Source: a virus
Strand: one strand, 5' to 3'
DNA length: 64,000 nt
IMG/VR virus record: IMGVR_UViG_3300049811_000251
Span: 24,360 to 88,359 of that record
Shown: piece by piece, positions 1 through 8,548 of the stretch
Numbering within the stretch: position 1 is the stretch's first letter
How the letters are laid out: the number at the start of each line of letters is the position of its first letter
Position numbers and translations under genes: made by a program
Notes under the pieces: model-generated
The model's database searches: none
Seen by the model: the letters and a program-made list of their open reading frames with translations, nothing else
Told to the model about the DNA's origin: nothing

Positions 1-303
1 CTCTAATGAAGTAACCTTAGACTTAGCAATCTTTCTTGAGTATATCACAGTCATTCTAAGAGGACAAATTAACTTAGGTACTTTCCATTGCTCCTTTATA
101 ATAGTCCTTAAGTTAGCTACATACTTCATTTTAACAGGGTCACGATATACATGGGGAGTTTTCAACCGCAATCCGGCTTTATCATAAAAAGCCGTCTTAA
201 CTGATTGCTTAGCTTGAGGTTTAACCGGAATAACTAAAAGCCACTTACGTAAGACACGCAAGTAACGCTCCCAGTTCTCCAGCATATCCAGTTCCAAGCT
301 CAC
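1..303 (-). CDS. rusA: RusA-family Holliday junction resolvase (3' end runs off the window)
   Basis: Manual translation from GTG at 303: MSLELDMLENWERYLRVLRKWLLVIPVKPQAKQSVKTAFY...VYRDPVKMKYVANLRTIIKEQW...PLRMTVIY. This resembles the RusA N-terminal pattern; the catalytic DxDN motif lies beyond the edge. Confidence 0.6.
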   Translation of the reverse strand, partial: MSLELDMLENWERYLRVLRKWLLVIPVKPQAKQSVKTAFYDKAGLRLKTPHVYRDPVKMKYVANLRTIIKEQWKVPKLICPLRMTVIYSRKIAKSKVTSLE

Positions 304-731
304 TTGTAAAACTCCAATATCTTTGCAATGTCAGGCTTAGGGCAATCAGCCGGCTTAGTAATCTTACCATCTTCTCGCTTAGTTCCATAATCTACTCTAA
401 TCATGTTAATACGCATAACCTCTCCAAAAATCTTGTGAAGAGGAATACCGTACTCTAACGCTGTACCAATACAAACCCAAATTTTATCAGCTAATCCGTC
501 AGCTATTTCTTCTAAGTTACCTTCTTCTAAAGCTTTCATAGTTTCCAAATGTTCTTCTTCTTCTAGGTTCTTTCTTAACTGAACACGAGAAGAATCTGGA
601 ATTGTGGGCTTGATCGTAGGTAACACACCAGCTTCTGTGTGGTACGCCTGTACAGCTTGCATAAGCTTAAACATCGCACTCTCGGCTTCGATGCGGGAGT
701 GCAGTCTGACTAAGGTTTCTTCAAACGCCAT
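300..731 (-). CDS. MazG-like / dimeric dUTPase-superfamily nucleotide pyrophosphohydrolase
   Basis: EEEHLE..ALEEGNLEEIADGLADKIWV motif plus C-terminal REDGKITKP...PDI, typical of phage MazG/PRA-PH-like proteins. Confidence 0.8.
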   Translation of the reverse strand: MAFEETLVRLHSRIEAESAMFKLMQAVQAYHTEAGVLPTIKPTIPDSSRVQLRKNLEEEEHLETMKALEEGNLEEIADGLADKIWVCIGTALEYGIPLHKIFGEVMRINMIRVDYGTKREDGKITKPADCPKPDIAKILEFYK

Positions 732-733
732 TC

Positions 734-1750
734 TTAAATCTCCGGGAAAACGACCCCACTGAGGTCAAGGAATTGACGGTTTTTCTGTTGTCTTTCACAC
801 CACCTAGTCCAATGTTCAAAACTCATGTTTACGCCCCACTTTGTAAAGCAACTTACTCGGTGAGGGCACTTCTTAGCTCGCGTATCTTTTTCAGTTTTAC
901 ACGGTTGAAATACTTCCGGCAGTTTTCTATCTCTAATAGACTCCCAAACTATGCGTGCTTTTTGGCGTGCTTCGTACCACCAACTACTTGGAGCAGACCA
1001 TTGAATAATCTTACTGGCACAAGTATCACGCTCCATGTACCAGAAAAAAGTAGTCCTGATTCCGCTTAATCCTTGGTAAATAGCAGCCTGCATCTTATAG
1101 TAATCAGGAATATCACTTGATGACATTGTTTTCTTGTAAACATACGAATTTACTGTCTTGATCTCCAGTAAAGCGGTTTCTTTTCCTCCAACCGATTGGA
1201 GATCAGTACACAATTCCATAGCTTTACTGAAAATTTTGTTTTTCTTGCTTTCTAGGTATTGAAACCTAGATACGTCAATAATGCCGTCTGAATGTCCTGA
1301 AATTCTGTATAATGGGTGAAAGTAGGAAGGTTCTACATACAAATACGGAGGAGCTTCTTGCCTAGCGTTAGCTTCTAACGCATGTTCTGGATCAGGATGA
1401 AATCCTTCTACCGTTGAACCATCTCCTACTTTCAACCAAACTCCTTTCAAAATACCCATAGGCCCTAAAACTGAGTTTTGGATATAACTATGCAAGTGAG
1501 TTCCTATACTCATTGCAAAATAGGAACTAAAATTAAACGGCTTAGCTGGCTTAGGAGACCAGTAGTTTAATATAAACTCTCTAGGGCACAAATCACTTAT
1601 GCCACTAGCTCGTAATACAGTGCCAGCTTCTAGTTGAGTAGGCCACGCATCAACCCACTCTTTCACTACATTAACGAAGTTTTCGTACTTCTCTTTTTCA
1701 AGAGGTACTGAGGAAGCTGATAAAGTTCTATACGCATCAAGAATGCTCAT
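734..1750 (-). CDS. Cas4-like PD-(D/E)XK exonuclease
   Basis: S..SDLCPR, GHSDG, LLEIKT, QAAIY motifs and C-terminal C..C..C (PCKTEKDTRAKKCPHRVSC) consistent with an Fe-S staple. Confidence 0.8.
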   Translation of the reverse strand: MSILDAYRTLSASSVPLEKEKYENFVNVVKEWVDAWPTQLEAGTVLRASGISDLCPREFILNYWSPKPAKPFNFSSYFAMSIGTHLHSYIQNSVLGPMGILKGVWLKVGDGSTVEGFHPDPEHALEANARQEAPPYLYVEPSYFHPLYRISGHSDGIIDVSRFQYLESKKNKIFSKAMELCTDLQSVGGKETALLEIKTVNSYVYKKTMSSSDIPDYYKMQAAIYQGLSGIRTTFFWYMERDTCASKIIQWSAPSSWWYEARQKARIVWESIRDRKLPEVFQPCKTEKDTRAKKCPHRVSCFTKWGVNMSFEHWTRWCERQQKNRQFLDLSGVVFPEI

Positions 1751-2261
1751 TTTGTTTCGCCTTGTCCGTAGCTACCCAGAACTTTTCGTGAGTGCTTCCC
1801 CTAAATCCACCTTGAGTAAGAAACCCAGTTCTTACGAGGTTGTACCTGGCCCATCGAACTGTATTATGATCCAACCCTGTAAGTTGCATTAACTCCTTGT
1901 CAGTGCAACCAATTAAGGGAGTAGTAAGAACCTTGAAACCCTTTTTACAATGTTCCAAGATTCTTCGTTGCGTTTCTTTAGTAGAGACTTTAGAGTTAGG
2001 CTTAAGCCGTTCTTTTAATCCTCTAAGAACCTCGTCCAGTTTTTCCGCAAGGAATTCCTCTATTTCAACTTTAGTAATCAGCTCGGTAGGCTTAACAAAC
2101 TGCCTACCAATAATCTGAATTAAAGAGTCATCGAGAAAAGCCTTGATGACATATTCTTGAGTTTCTTCGGGAGGCTCGACTTGCCCTTCGATAGCCGTCT
2201 GGTCCAATTGATTGGAGAAATCGACTTCATCGAAGACCAACTCACCCTTAATAGCCATCAC
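1737..2261 (-). CDS. Hypothetical protein with C-terminal winged HTH
   Basis: TDKELMQLTGLDHNTVRWARYNLVRTGFL looks like a winged helix-turn-helix; overlaps neighbouring gene as in an operon. Confidence 0.55.
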   Translation of the reverse strand: MMAIKGELVFDEVDFSNQLDQTAIEGQVEPPEETQEYVIKAFLDDSLIQIIGRQFVKPTELITKVEIEEFLAEKLDEVLRGLKERLKPNSKVSTKETQRRILEHCKKGFKVLTTPLIGCTDKELMQLTGLDHNTVRWARYNLVRTGFLTQGGFRGSTHEKFWVATDKAKQNEHS

Positions 2262-2303
2262 AATTCTCCGAAGACGTGTAAAAGCGACAATCGCATTTTA
2301 CCG

Positions 2304-2687
2304 TCAACCTTCTTCGGAGTCAACGTTGACCAACTCAGTAAAAGTATCGAATGGAATCACAGCCCATCTCTTAGGTGTACCAACTCCGGCTGGAAGAGTT
2401 ATAACCAACGCAGGGGTTCTACCTTCCTCAGTAGCTTCTCTGGATATTTTAGCTAATGTAAGAAGGTCAAGTCTATAACTATCAAACGATGTTTCTTTTG
2501 ACTCAATCAAAAAATCCCTAGTCTTAACGTCCCCCTTATTTCGCATCCCCGCCCCCGAATTAGACTGAACCCTTCCGCCTAATTGAGAGGCTATCTCCTC
2601 CTCGGTTTGCCTAGCTTTTTGCTTAGCGGTTTTATTTTTCTTACCTATCTTGGTAAGACCTTCTATTCTTTTGTCACCGGCTGGCAT
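2304..2687 (-). CDS. Hjc-like Holliday junction resolvase (PD-(D/E)XK)
   Basis: EEEIASQLGGRVQSNSGAG..KGDV...FLIESKET pattern typical of phage Hjc-type resolvases. Confidence 0.7.
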   Translation of the reverse strand: MPAGDKRIEGLTKIGKKNKTAKQKARQTEEEIASQLGGRVQSNSGAGMRNKGDVKTRDFLIESKETSFDSYRLDLLTLAKISREATEEGRTPALVITLPAGVGTPKRWAVIPFDTFTELVNVDSEEG

Positions 2688-3796
2688 TAGGACACGTCTC
2701 CCCCGTATGCCTTAACGATTGATCTCCACACCAACCTACGTAACTTCTCATCAGTTTCCAAAGCTTTTTCTAAGGCAGCTTTGGTATCAAAACAAGTTAC
2801 GCCCACGGTCCACTCTTTACCATCTTTCTTTATCAAACCAAACTTATCAGCTAACTTAAACAGTGCTTCTGTATTATTTATCTTACCTTTCTTCCAGTCC
2901 TCAAAATTAGCTAACGCCATCTTAAAACTGTAAGACACTTTAGGTTGAAAAGTCTTGTTCTTGTAAACAAGACCCTGATACTCACCCATACCATGCTCAG
3001 CCTTTGAGTCATCAACTACTGTAGATGACTTAGTGTAAACTATGATAGAGGAAGCATACTCCTGCATTCTTCCCCCAGGCATAGTTCTAGGATCACCGTA
3101 AGTTAAGCCTATCTTTAATCTAAATTGATTGATACATAAAAGTGCTGCACCGTGACCTCTGGCAGATTCTTGACTTACCTTAATCAAAGAACCTACCCAT
3201 TTACGCATAGCCTTGTTAATCATTCTAGCTTGAAGACCCATTTGAGCATCTTCAGCCGATTCTTCTAACTCCTTAATAGGAATCATAGCTGCAATAGAAT
3301 CCACTACTATCAGATCAAACAGATCAGACCTAATAGCAGTGGTTACTATATCTACAGCCTGTTCCCCATACTCAGGTTTTGCTACAGAAAACTTAGCAAA
3401 ATCCCAACCGTGTACTGCTGCCCAATCCGAAGGAAAAGAGTCCTCTGCGGACACCCATAAACAAGTACAAGGAGTAAAGTGCGTTACTTGATCCTTGTAC
3501 TTATGGGTCAGTTTGTCATAAGACTTAAGACTTTCAGCAGCCTTAAGTGCAAGAAGAGTCTTACCTGTAGAATATTCTCCAGTTATAAGACTTATCTTTC
3601 CGAATGGCCACCCCCCACCTAACGCACAATCTAGCGAGAGAATTCCAGAACTAAGTCTATAAAACAAGTTTTTGTTTTTACTGGGATCACCAGAAGCTAC
3701 TACGCCTGTTTTATAGGTCTTGTTGACGTAATCCTCAAAAGCGTTGACACTAAGCAGTTTAGGCTCGGAGGGTTGTTCGTTAGCCATTTTGTCCAA
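2687..3796 (-). CDS. recA: RecA/UvsX recombinase
   Basis: LSSGILSLDCALGGG, Walker A GEYSTGKT, Walker B LIVVDSIAA, LQARMINKAMRK, INQFR, TMPGGR. Confidence 0.95.
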   Translation of the reverse strand: MDKMANEQPSEPKLLSVNAFEDYVNKTYKTGVVASGDPSKNKNLFYRLSSGILSLDCALGGGWPFGKISLITGEYSTGKTLLALKAAESLKSYDKLTHKYKDQVTHFTPCTCLWVSAEDSFPSDWAAVHGWDFAKFSVAKPEYGEQAVDIVTTAIRSDLFDLIVVDSIAAMIPIKELEESAEDAQMGLQARMINKAMRKWVGSLIKVSQESARGHGAALLCINQFRLKIGLTYGDPRTMPGGRMQEYASSIIVYTKSSTVVDDSKAEHGMGEYQGLVYKNKTFQPKVSYSFKMALANFEDWKKGKINNTEALFKLADKFGLIKKDGKEWTVGVTCFDTKAALEKALETDEKLRRLVWRSIVKAYGGDVS

Positions 3797-4114
3797 TTAC
3801 TTGGAGGATTTGATGTAGTCTCGAAGAATCTGACTCTCAATGCTAACCTTGTCGTTAGCAAACTTGTTAGCAGCTTCATATGCCTCGTTGAGTTCTTCCA
3901 CTAAACAGGGAAGACGCACAGAGACAGCAATCTGAGCACTTTCAAAGTTACCGAGGTTGATTGTGAGAGAGTACCTGGCCTCAACCTCGGCAACCCTAGC
4001 CCCTTGAGGAAAGGGAGTAATCTCGATAGACTCAGTTTGAGATTCCTCCTTAGTAAGAACCCTTTTATTCTTGAAGTGCCGGTTAGTAATGACTTGACCA
4101 TTCTCACCAATCAT
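3797..4114 (-). CDS. Hypothetical phage protein
   Basis: Tightly packed ORF between helicase and recA; TINLGNFESAQIAVSV segment resembles small conserved phage proteins. Confidence 0.6.
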   Translation of the reverse strand: MIGENGQVITNRHFKNKRVLTKEESQTESIEITPFPQGARVAEVEARYSLTINLGNFESAQIAVSVRLPCLVEELNEAYEAANKFANDKVSIESQILRDYIKSSK

Positions 4115-5466
4115 CTAGAAGCCTCCTTAAAACCGAGGGAAGGGTACAACTTCTTACGTGCTTGGGCCATACGTACATTATACTTAGTATTCCAAACTAA
4201 GTCAATTACGAGAATAGGACGTTTCTTAGAGTTTGGCCTTTGCAATCGTCCAACAACTTGTTCAATATCCTTACAGGGAGTTGCTAAATACAATGTATCT
4301 AAAGTTGGAATATCCGTCCCCTCACCCATCTTTTGAAAAGTAGCTAGTATAATTTTTGCACCTTTAGCTAGTTCCAACTCCGTGTCTTCAATGACCCTAT
4401 CTCTAACCTTTCCAGCATAATAACCTACTGACATGCCAGGAGCTTGTCGGAGAATTAGTTCTCGTATTCTAGCCAACTGCTCAGTTCTATGAGAAATGAT
4501 TACTATTTTTCTGCCAGCATTAGCAGCCTTAATTGATTCTTGAGCTAAGTACGCATTGTATGCTTGATTTTCCGAAATAATAGTAAGTAACTTACCATAA
4601 TTAGGAACGCCTCTGATTGAATAAGCACTTGAAGGAACGTTAGTATTCCATAAAACTTGAACTACTCTACCCTCCACCAAATCCGTAGAGGTTTCGTGTT
4701 CTATTTTACCTATATGCCAATTCCAAACACACTCTAATCTATCGGTTCTACGCCAAGTGGCGGATACCCCTAACCTAAATTTAGCAGGAATTTTTCTAAT
4801 GACAGCTTCAAACGTTGAAGCCGGCATTCTGTGAGACTCATCAATTATAACAAGTCCAAACGATTGGATGAAATCTTTAGGCCAATCCTCTATTCTAGAA
4901 TACAAAGTTGGAATTAACGCTGTTACGAAGTGCTTGTTAGAATAATTCCAAATATTACCTTGAACGTGTCCAACCCTAGCTCCAGGAAATAAGGCAGGTC
5001 TATCTCCATTAGAATAAGCTAAAACTCTCCACTGTTGACATAAATCTTCTTTATTGGTGAGGATTAGAGTAGGAGTATTCAGTAAACTGGCTACGCATAA
5101 CCCCATAACAGTTTTACCGCTACCCGCCTTAGACTTCAAAAGTCCTCCATACTTACCAGACTCAAAAAATTCAACCAGAGTCTTAACAGCCTGTTCTTGA
5201 CCAGTTCTGTAGGAACCTGCAAACTTAGGCCACTCGATGTAAGGGCGTACTGTAGAATCTACAATACTTAAGCGAGAAGTAAGCCAAGTTTGAGACAAAC
5301 CCCAATTTCTTGGAACACTAATAAATAAGTCAGACTCTTCGTATAATTTTAGAATCTGATCTTGATACAAACCCACTTTTTCTACTGTTAAAGCGGTTTG
5401 TATAGCAGGTACGTTGACACTGTTTTTAGGTAGAATCAACGTACCTGCTAATACTGCATTGCTCAT
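4111..5466 (-). CDS. Superfamily 2 DNA helicase (UvsW/Rad25-like)
   Basis: AGSGKT, IIDESH, VSAT, GEGTDIP, QVVGRLQR helicase motifs. Confidence 0.92.
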   Translation of the reverse strand: MSNAVLAGTLILPKNSVNVPAIQTALTVEKVGLYQDQILKLYEESDLFISVPRNWGLSQTWLTSRLSIVDSTVRPYIEWPKFAGSYRTGQEQAVKTLVEFFESGKYGGLLKSKAGSGKTVMGLCVASLLNTPTLILTNKEDLCQQWRVLAYSNGDRPALFPGARVGHVQGNIWNYSNKHFVTALIPTLYSRIEDWPKDFIQSFGLVIIDESHRMPASTFEAVIRKIPAKFRLGVSATWRRTDRLECVWNWHIGKIEHETSTDLVEGRVVQVLWNTNVPSSAYSIRGVPNYGKLLTIISENQAYNAYLAQESIKAANAGRKIVIISHRTEQLARIRELILRQAPGMSVGYYAGKVRDRVIEDTELELAKGAKIILATFQKMGEGTDIPTLDTLYLATPCKDIEQVVGRLQRPNSKKRPILVIDLVWNTKYNVRMAQARKKLYPSLGFKEASR

Positions 5467-5467
5467 G

Positions 5468-5674
5468 TTAGCTGACTTTGATCTGAGGCATGAGGGTGAG
5501 TCTCACCGACTCCCCAATTACTGCTACTCCAGTAATAGGAGCGTCCACAAATCCTGGAAAGGACACCGTAACCACCTTACTTCCGTGCCCTTGAAGTTGA
5601 GCGTCTTAAAGAAGCTCAACTAAGGTATTGATTGTCAGAGGAACTAAAGTCCGTTCGCAAACTTGCTCGTTCAT
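5468..5674 (-). pseudogene. Small ORF interrupted by an in-frame TAA
   Basis: Manual translation MNEQVCERTLVPLTINTLVELL*DAQLQGHGSKVVTVSFPGFVDAPITGVAVIGESVRLTLMPQIKVS*. Fills the polA-helicase gap exactly; internal stop at 5606-5608. Confidence 0.5.
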
Positions 5675-5700
5675 AGAGTCCAACCAATTGGAGTTACAGA

Positions 5701-7578
5701 TCATCCCTTTGCTTCCCCCCAAGATTGAACAATCTTAGGATCGGCACGCACTGGACAAGCGAGTTGAACAGTGTTTTCTAATTGATCTCGAATCTCGATA
5801 GCATACTTAGGAGCCAGTTCCGTAGGACACTCCCAAATACCTTCGTCGTGAACAAAGTTAAGCTGATTGATTTCCTTACCCCAAACTCCCCGCTTAATCC
5901 AGTTAAACCTTAAATGAGACATACTCAGTAACATCAACTCACAAGCAGATGCTTGAATTGGAAAGTTGATATACTGATTTAAGGAGTGCTTATAGGCTTT
6001 AGATACCTCGTACTTAGATATTCTACGTTTTCTGCCAAAAATATCTACTGAAGGCTTACCCGCCTTCATTTGACGCTCAAGGAGCAAGTGCCACCGTTTA
6101 ACAAACTTATGTAACTTAAAATACTCTTCGATAACATCTTCCCATTCAGAGATAGAAAAACTAGGATATTCAGAATGTAATCTATAAGCACCTGCATTAT
6201 AGATTAACGCAAAGTTAGCCATCTTACCGTTTTGTCTATCGCCTTTCAAGGCTTTAACATTATTTGTTGTTTGAGTATGTAAATCTTCTCCGTGCCAAAA
6301 AGCTTTACCTGTGTAAGCAGGCTTCAAAATTTTCTCGTCTTCGGCACACCCACAATTAGGGCAGGAGTGTAGAAGCTTAACTCGTTCTTCCCCAGAAGAA
6401 CCACAGTTAGTACACTTCCACCGCCAATATGCTCCTAGAAATAGTGGCTCCCTTGTAACGTGTCCACAGATTCTAAGCTCAATCTGAGACAAGTCTTCAA
6501 CTATCAAAGAATTTCCAGGAGAAGCCTTAAAATTCTTTCTTATGTTTAAGTGCTTAAAGTTAGAATCTAACCACGCTGGAATGTTTTGAAGATTGGGGTC
6601 GTCTGATCTTGTTCTACCAGTTGCTGAAGTTAGCCAAAAGTTAGGGTGAATTCTATTGTTAGGATCAACTAAAGCTCGTCTTGTGATAGGTTCAACGTAA
6701 GTACCTATCATCTTATCCGCAGTTCTGTAAGTTCTAATCTTAGAACATACAGGATACCTAGACGCGAGAATATCCATCGCTTCTGCATCAGTGCTAAACC
6801 TTTTGCCTGAAGCAGTGGTTTGAATTCCTTTAGTGGAGTATCCTAACTCATCAAACAATCGTTTGGCAATCTGATCCCCGGAATTTAAGTTAAGTTCTCC
6901 AATCTCAGATTTAATTTCCTTTTCCATCTGAGACCTAAGTTTTTGAAATCCCCTAAGAAGTTCTATACTACCTGTAACATCCCAATACATACCAGTAAGC
7001 TCAACGTCTGCAAACAATAAAGACGCTGGCATTAAAATACGCTCAAATACCTTAAGTAAACCATCATTCTTCAATTCTTCGAGAGTATCTAAGTATAACT
7101 CGTACTCCCATTTAGCATCTTCTTTAGAATACTCGTGGAATCGAGGAGTATTCAAGCCTCCTATTGACGCATCTTCAAACGTCATCATTACATGATTGTA
7201 TCTCTCCCTTACTTGAGTCTTTAAGCCTAAATCCCCTGGACGAATATTTTCGTCTAGAAGATTTATTGCTATCATAGGATCGTAAGGACGCTTAGGATAA
7301 GTAGGATAATCTATGAGCTTAGACGCCTTCAAACACTTAACATCGTACTTAAGATTATAAGCCACTGAGTAAAGGTCGAGAGGAAATAAACTTGAAACGA
7401 TTTCTTGAACTTTATCTAAGTCAGTCTCATAAAAGGCTACACCGTGCGTTGCAAACGAGCACCCGTGAATCTTAAACCCCGGTTGATAAATACTAAGCTT
7501 GCCTTCATGCTCAATGTCAAAGGAAAACCCACCAGCCTTAGTTGCAGTATCAATGAATTCTTTGGGTTCCATTTTCAT
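5701..7578 (-). CDS. polA: Family A DNA polymerase with 3'-5' exonuclease (start likely 7578, not 7737)
   Basis: Exo motifs FDIEH, YNLKYD, YSKED; polymerase motifs TGRTRSDDPNLQNIP, DLSQIELR, GKMANFALIY, NFPIQASA, VHDE. Confidence 0.95.
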   Translation of the reverse strand: MKMEPKEFIDTATKAGGFSFDIEHEGKLSIYQPGFKIHGCSFATHGVAFYETDLDKVQEIVSSLFPLDLYSVAYNLKYDVKCLKASKLIDYPTYPKRPYDPMIAINLLDENIRPGDLGLKTQVRERYNHVMMTFEDASIGGLNTPRFHEYSKEDAKWEYELYLDTLEELKNDGLLKVFERILMPASLLFADVELTGMYWDVTGSIELLRGFQKLRSQMEKEIKSEIGELNLNSGDQIAKRLFDELGYSTKGIQTTASGKRFSTDAEAMDILASRYPVCSKIRTYRTADKMIGTYVEPITRRALVDPNNRIHPNFWLTSATGRTRSDDPNLQNIPAWLDSNFKHLNIRKNFKASPGNSLIVEDLSQIELRICGHVTREPLFLGAYWRWKCTNCGSSGEERVKLLHSCPNCGCAEDEKILKPAYTGKAFWHGEDLHTQTTNNVKALKGDRQNGKMANFALIYNAGAYRLHSEYPSFSISEWEDVIEEYFKLHKFVKRWHLLLERQMKAGKPSVDIFGRKRRISKYEVSKAYKHSLNQYINFPIQASACELMLLSMSHLRFNWIKRGVWGKEINQLNFVHDEGIWECPTELAPKYAIEIRDQLENTVQLACPVRADPKIVQSWGEAKG

Positions 7579-7602
7579 CTTTTCTAGTCTTCCAAGTAAA
7601 GA

Positions 7603-7630
7603 GGTAAGCTCCAATCCATTGGAGCTTACC
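7603..7630. promoter_or_regulatory. 13-bp perfect inverted repeat built around one palindrome copy, upstream of polA
   Basis: GGTAAGCTCCAAT-CC-ATTGGAGCTTACC in the SSB-polA intergenic space. Confidence 0.6.
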
Positions 7631-7654
7631 AAACCCCATCCCCCTAGCCGCCAA

Positions 7655-8461
7655 TTAGTATTGAACCTGAGTCGTAGTGCCTTCCGGCCCCTTATTTGGA
7701 GTCGTGTCTGTAAGCTCCAAGGACATGGACCGTACAATCTTAGTCATACGCTCCGGGTTAGGAGCGAGAAGATTGTACGCATCCAGCAACTCGGCGTCAG
7801 CAATCTCGCCCGTATCGACGAGCTGTTGCAGGTTCACCATCTTGATGAACTCGAAGTCACTCCCAACAGAGGGAGACTTGTCCTTGCTAGAGCGGAGGAC
7901 ATTGAACATCGCTCCGCGAAGAGTCTCCCCGTTGTCCAATCGAGTGGCGTAACGGCGAGCTAAGATTTCCCGAACATCGTTCTTAGCAACCAAGAATTTC
8001 TTCTCGTTGCGATGAACTTGTCCGGTTTTCTTAGAGACCCATTCAGTGAGATCAATCACTGTGAAGAACAGTGCCTTATACCTTGCAGCCACTCCATTGT
8101 TTCGGGCTGAATAGGCACACATGGGGCAAGGAACCCCTAAAGGCTCCACGCAAGTCTCCCAATTGAGAAACCTGCCGGAACCCGTCCCTCGGGGATACTG
8201 GTGCTCGAAGATAGCGGGTGGCCCATAAGGACCAGAACCATCTGACAAGAAGATAATCTTCTTTTGAGTTCCCGCTGCCATCCAGAAGCGAAGATTCTTC
8301 TGGGAATTGTCGATCCTATCGGGATCGTCCAGGGAAGACTCCACACCCGTTTCTGCGATCCACGAGGGCTTTTGAGGAGCCGCCGCCTCAGCTTTCAACC
8401 GACGCTCCCGCTCTTGAGGCGTCTCCACGAACGGAACTTCATTTGAACCAGCCATTTTCAT
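7655..8461 (-). CDS. Single-stranded DNA-binding protein (gp32-like, Zn-binding)
   Basis: CVEPLGVPCPMC, position between primase and polymerase, strong AGGAGG RBS, GC-rich high-expression codon usage. Confidence 0.7.
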   Translation of the reverse strand: MKMAGSNEVPFVETPQERERRLKAEAAAPQKPSWIAETGVESSLDDPDRIDNSQKNLRFWMAAGTQKKIIFLSDGSGPYGPPAIFEHQYPRGTGSGRFLNWETCVEPLGVPCPMCAYSARNNGVAARYKALFFTVIDLTEWVSKKTGQVHRNEKKFLVAKNDVREILARRYATRLDNGETLRGAMFNVLRSSKDKSPSVGSDFEFIKMVNLQQLVDTGEIADAELLDAYNLLAPNPERMTKIVRSMSLELTDTTPNKGPEGTTTQVQY

Positions 8462-8465
8462 ACCT

Positions 8466-8488
8466 CCTGACAGCCTGACAGCCTGACA
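8466..8488 (-). repeat. Three tandem 8-bp-period repeats abutting the SSB RBS
   Basis: Minus strand TGTCAGGC TGTCAGGC TGTCAGG(AGGT ATG). Confidence 0.8.
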
Positions 8489-8520
8489 ACCAGTTTCCCG
8501 GATACACCCCGGAAGAGTGT

Positions 8521-8548
8521 ATTATACTAAATTTGGCTAGAAAGTCAA
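8521..8548 (-). promoter_or_regulatory. Sigma70-type promoter for SSB/polA
   Basis: TTGACT-N16-TATAAT on the minus strand. Confidence 0.65.

Noticed and set aside
2278-2301. Imperfect hairpin GTAAAAGCGA-CAA-TCGCATTTTAC after the resolvase gene
   Set aside because: Weak stem with a bulge and no U-tract beyond it; not enough to call a terminator.
5606-5608. Stop-codon reassignment (alternative genetic code)
   Set aside because: Only one internal stop was seen; long genes are intact under the standard code and end in TAA, TAG and TGA.
6290-6430. Intein or intron in polA
   Set aside because: The insertion is about 40 aa and in frame, with no intein C/S start, HN end or homing endonuclease motifs.
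7579-7737. N-terminal 53-aa extension of polA given by the ORF track
   Set aside because: Overlaps the SSB 3' end and the intergenic hairpin; sequence is not polymerase-like. Similarly 12359..12445 for the initiator.
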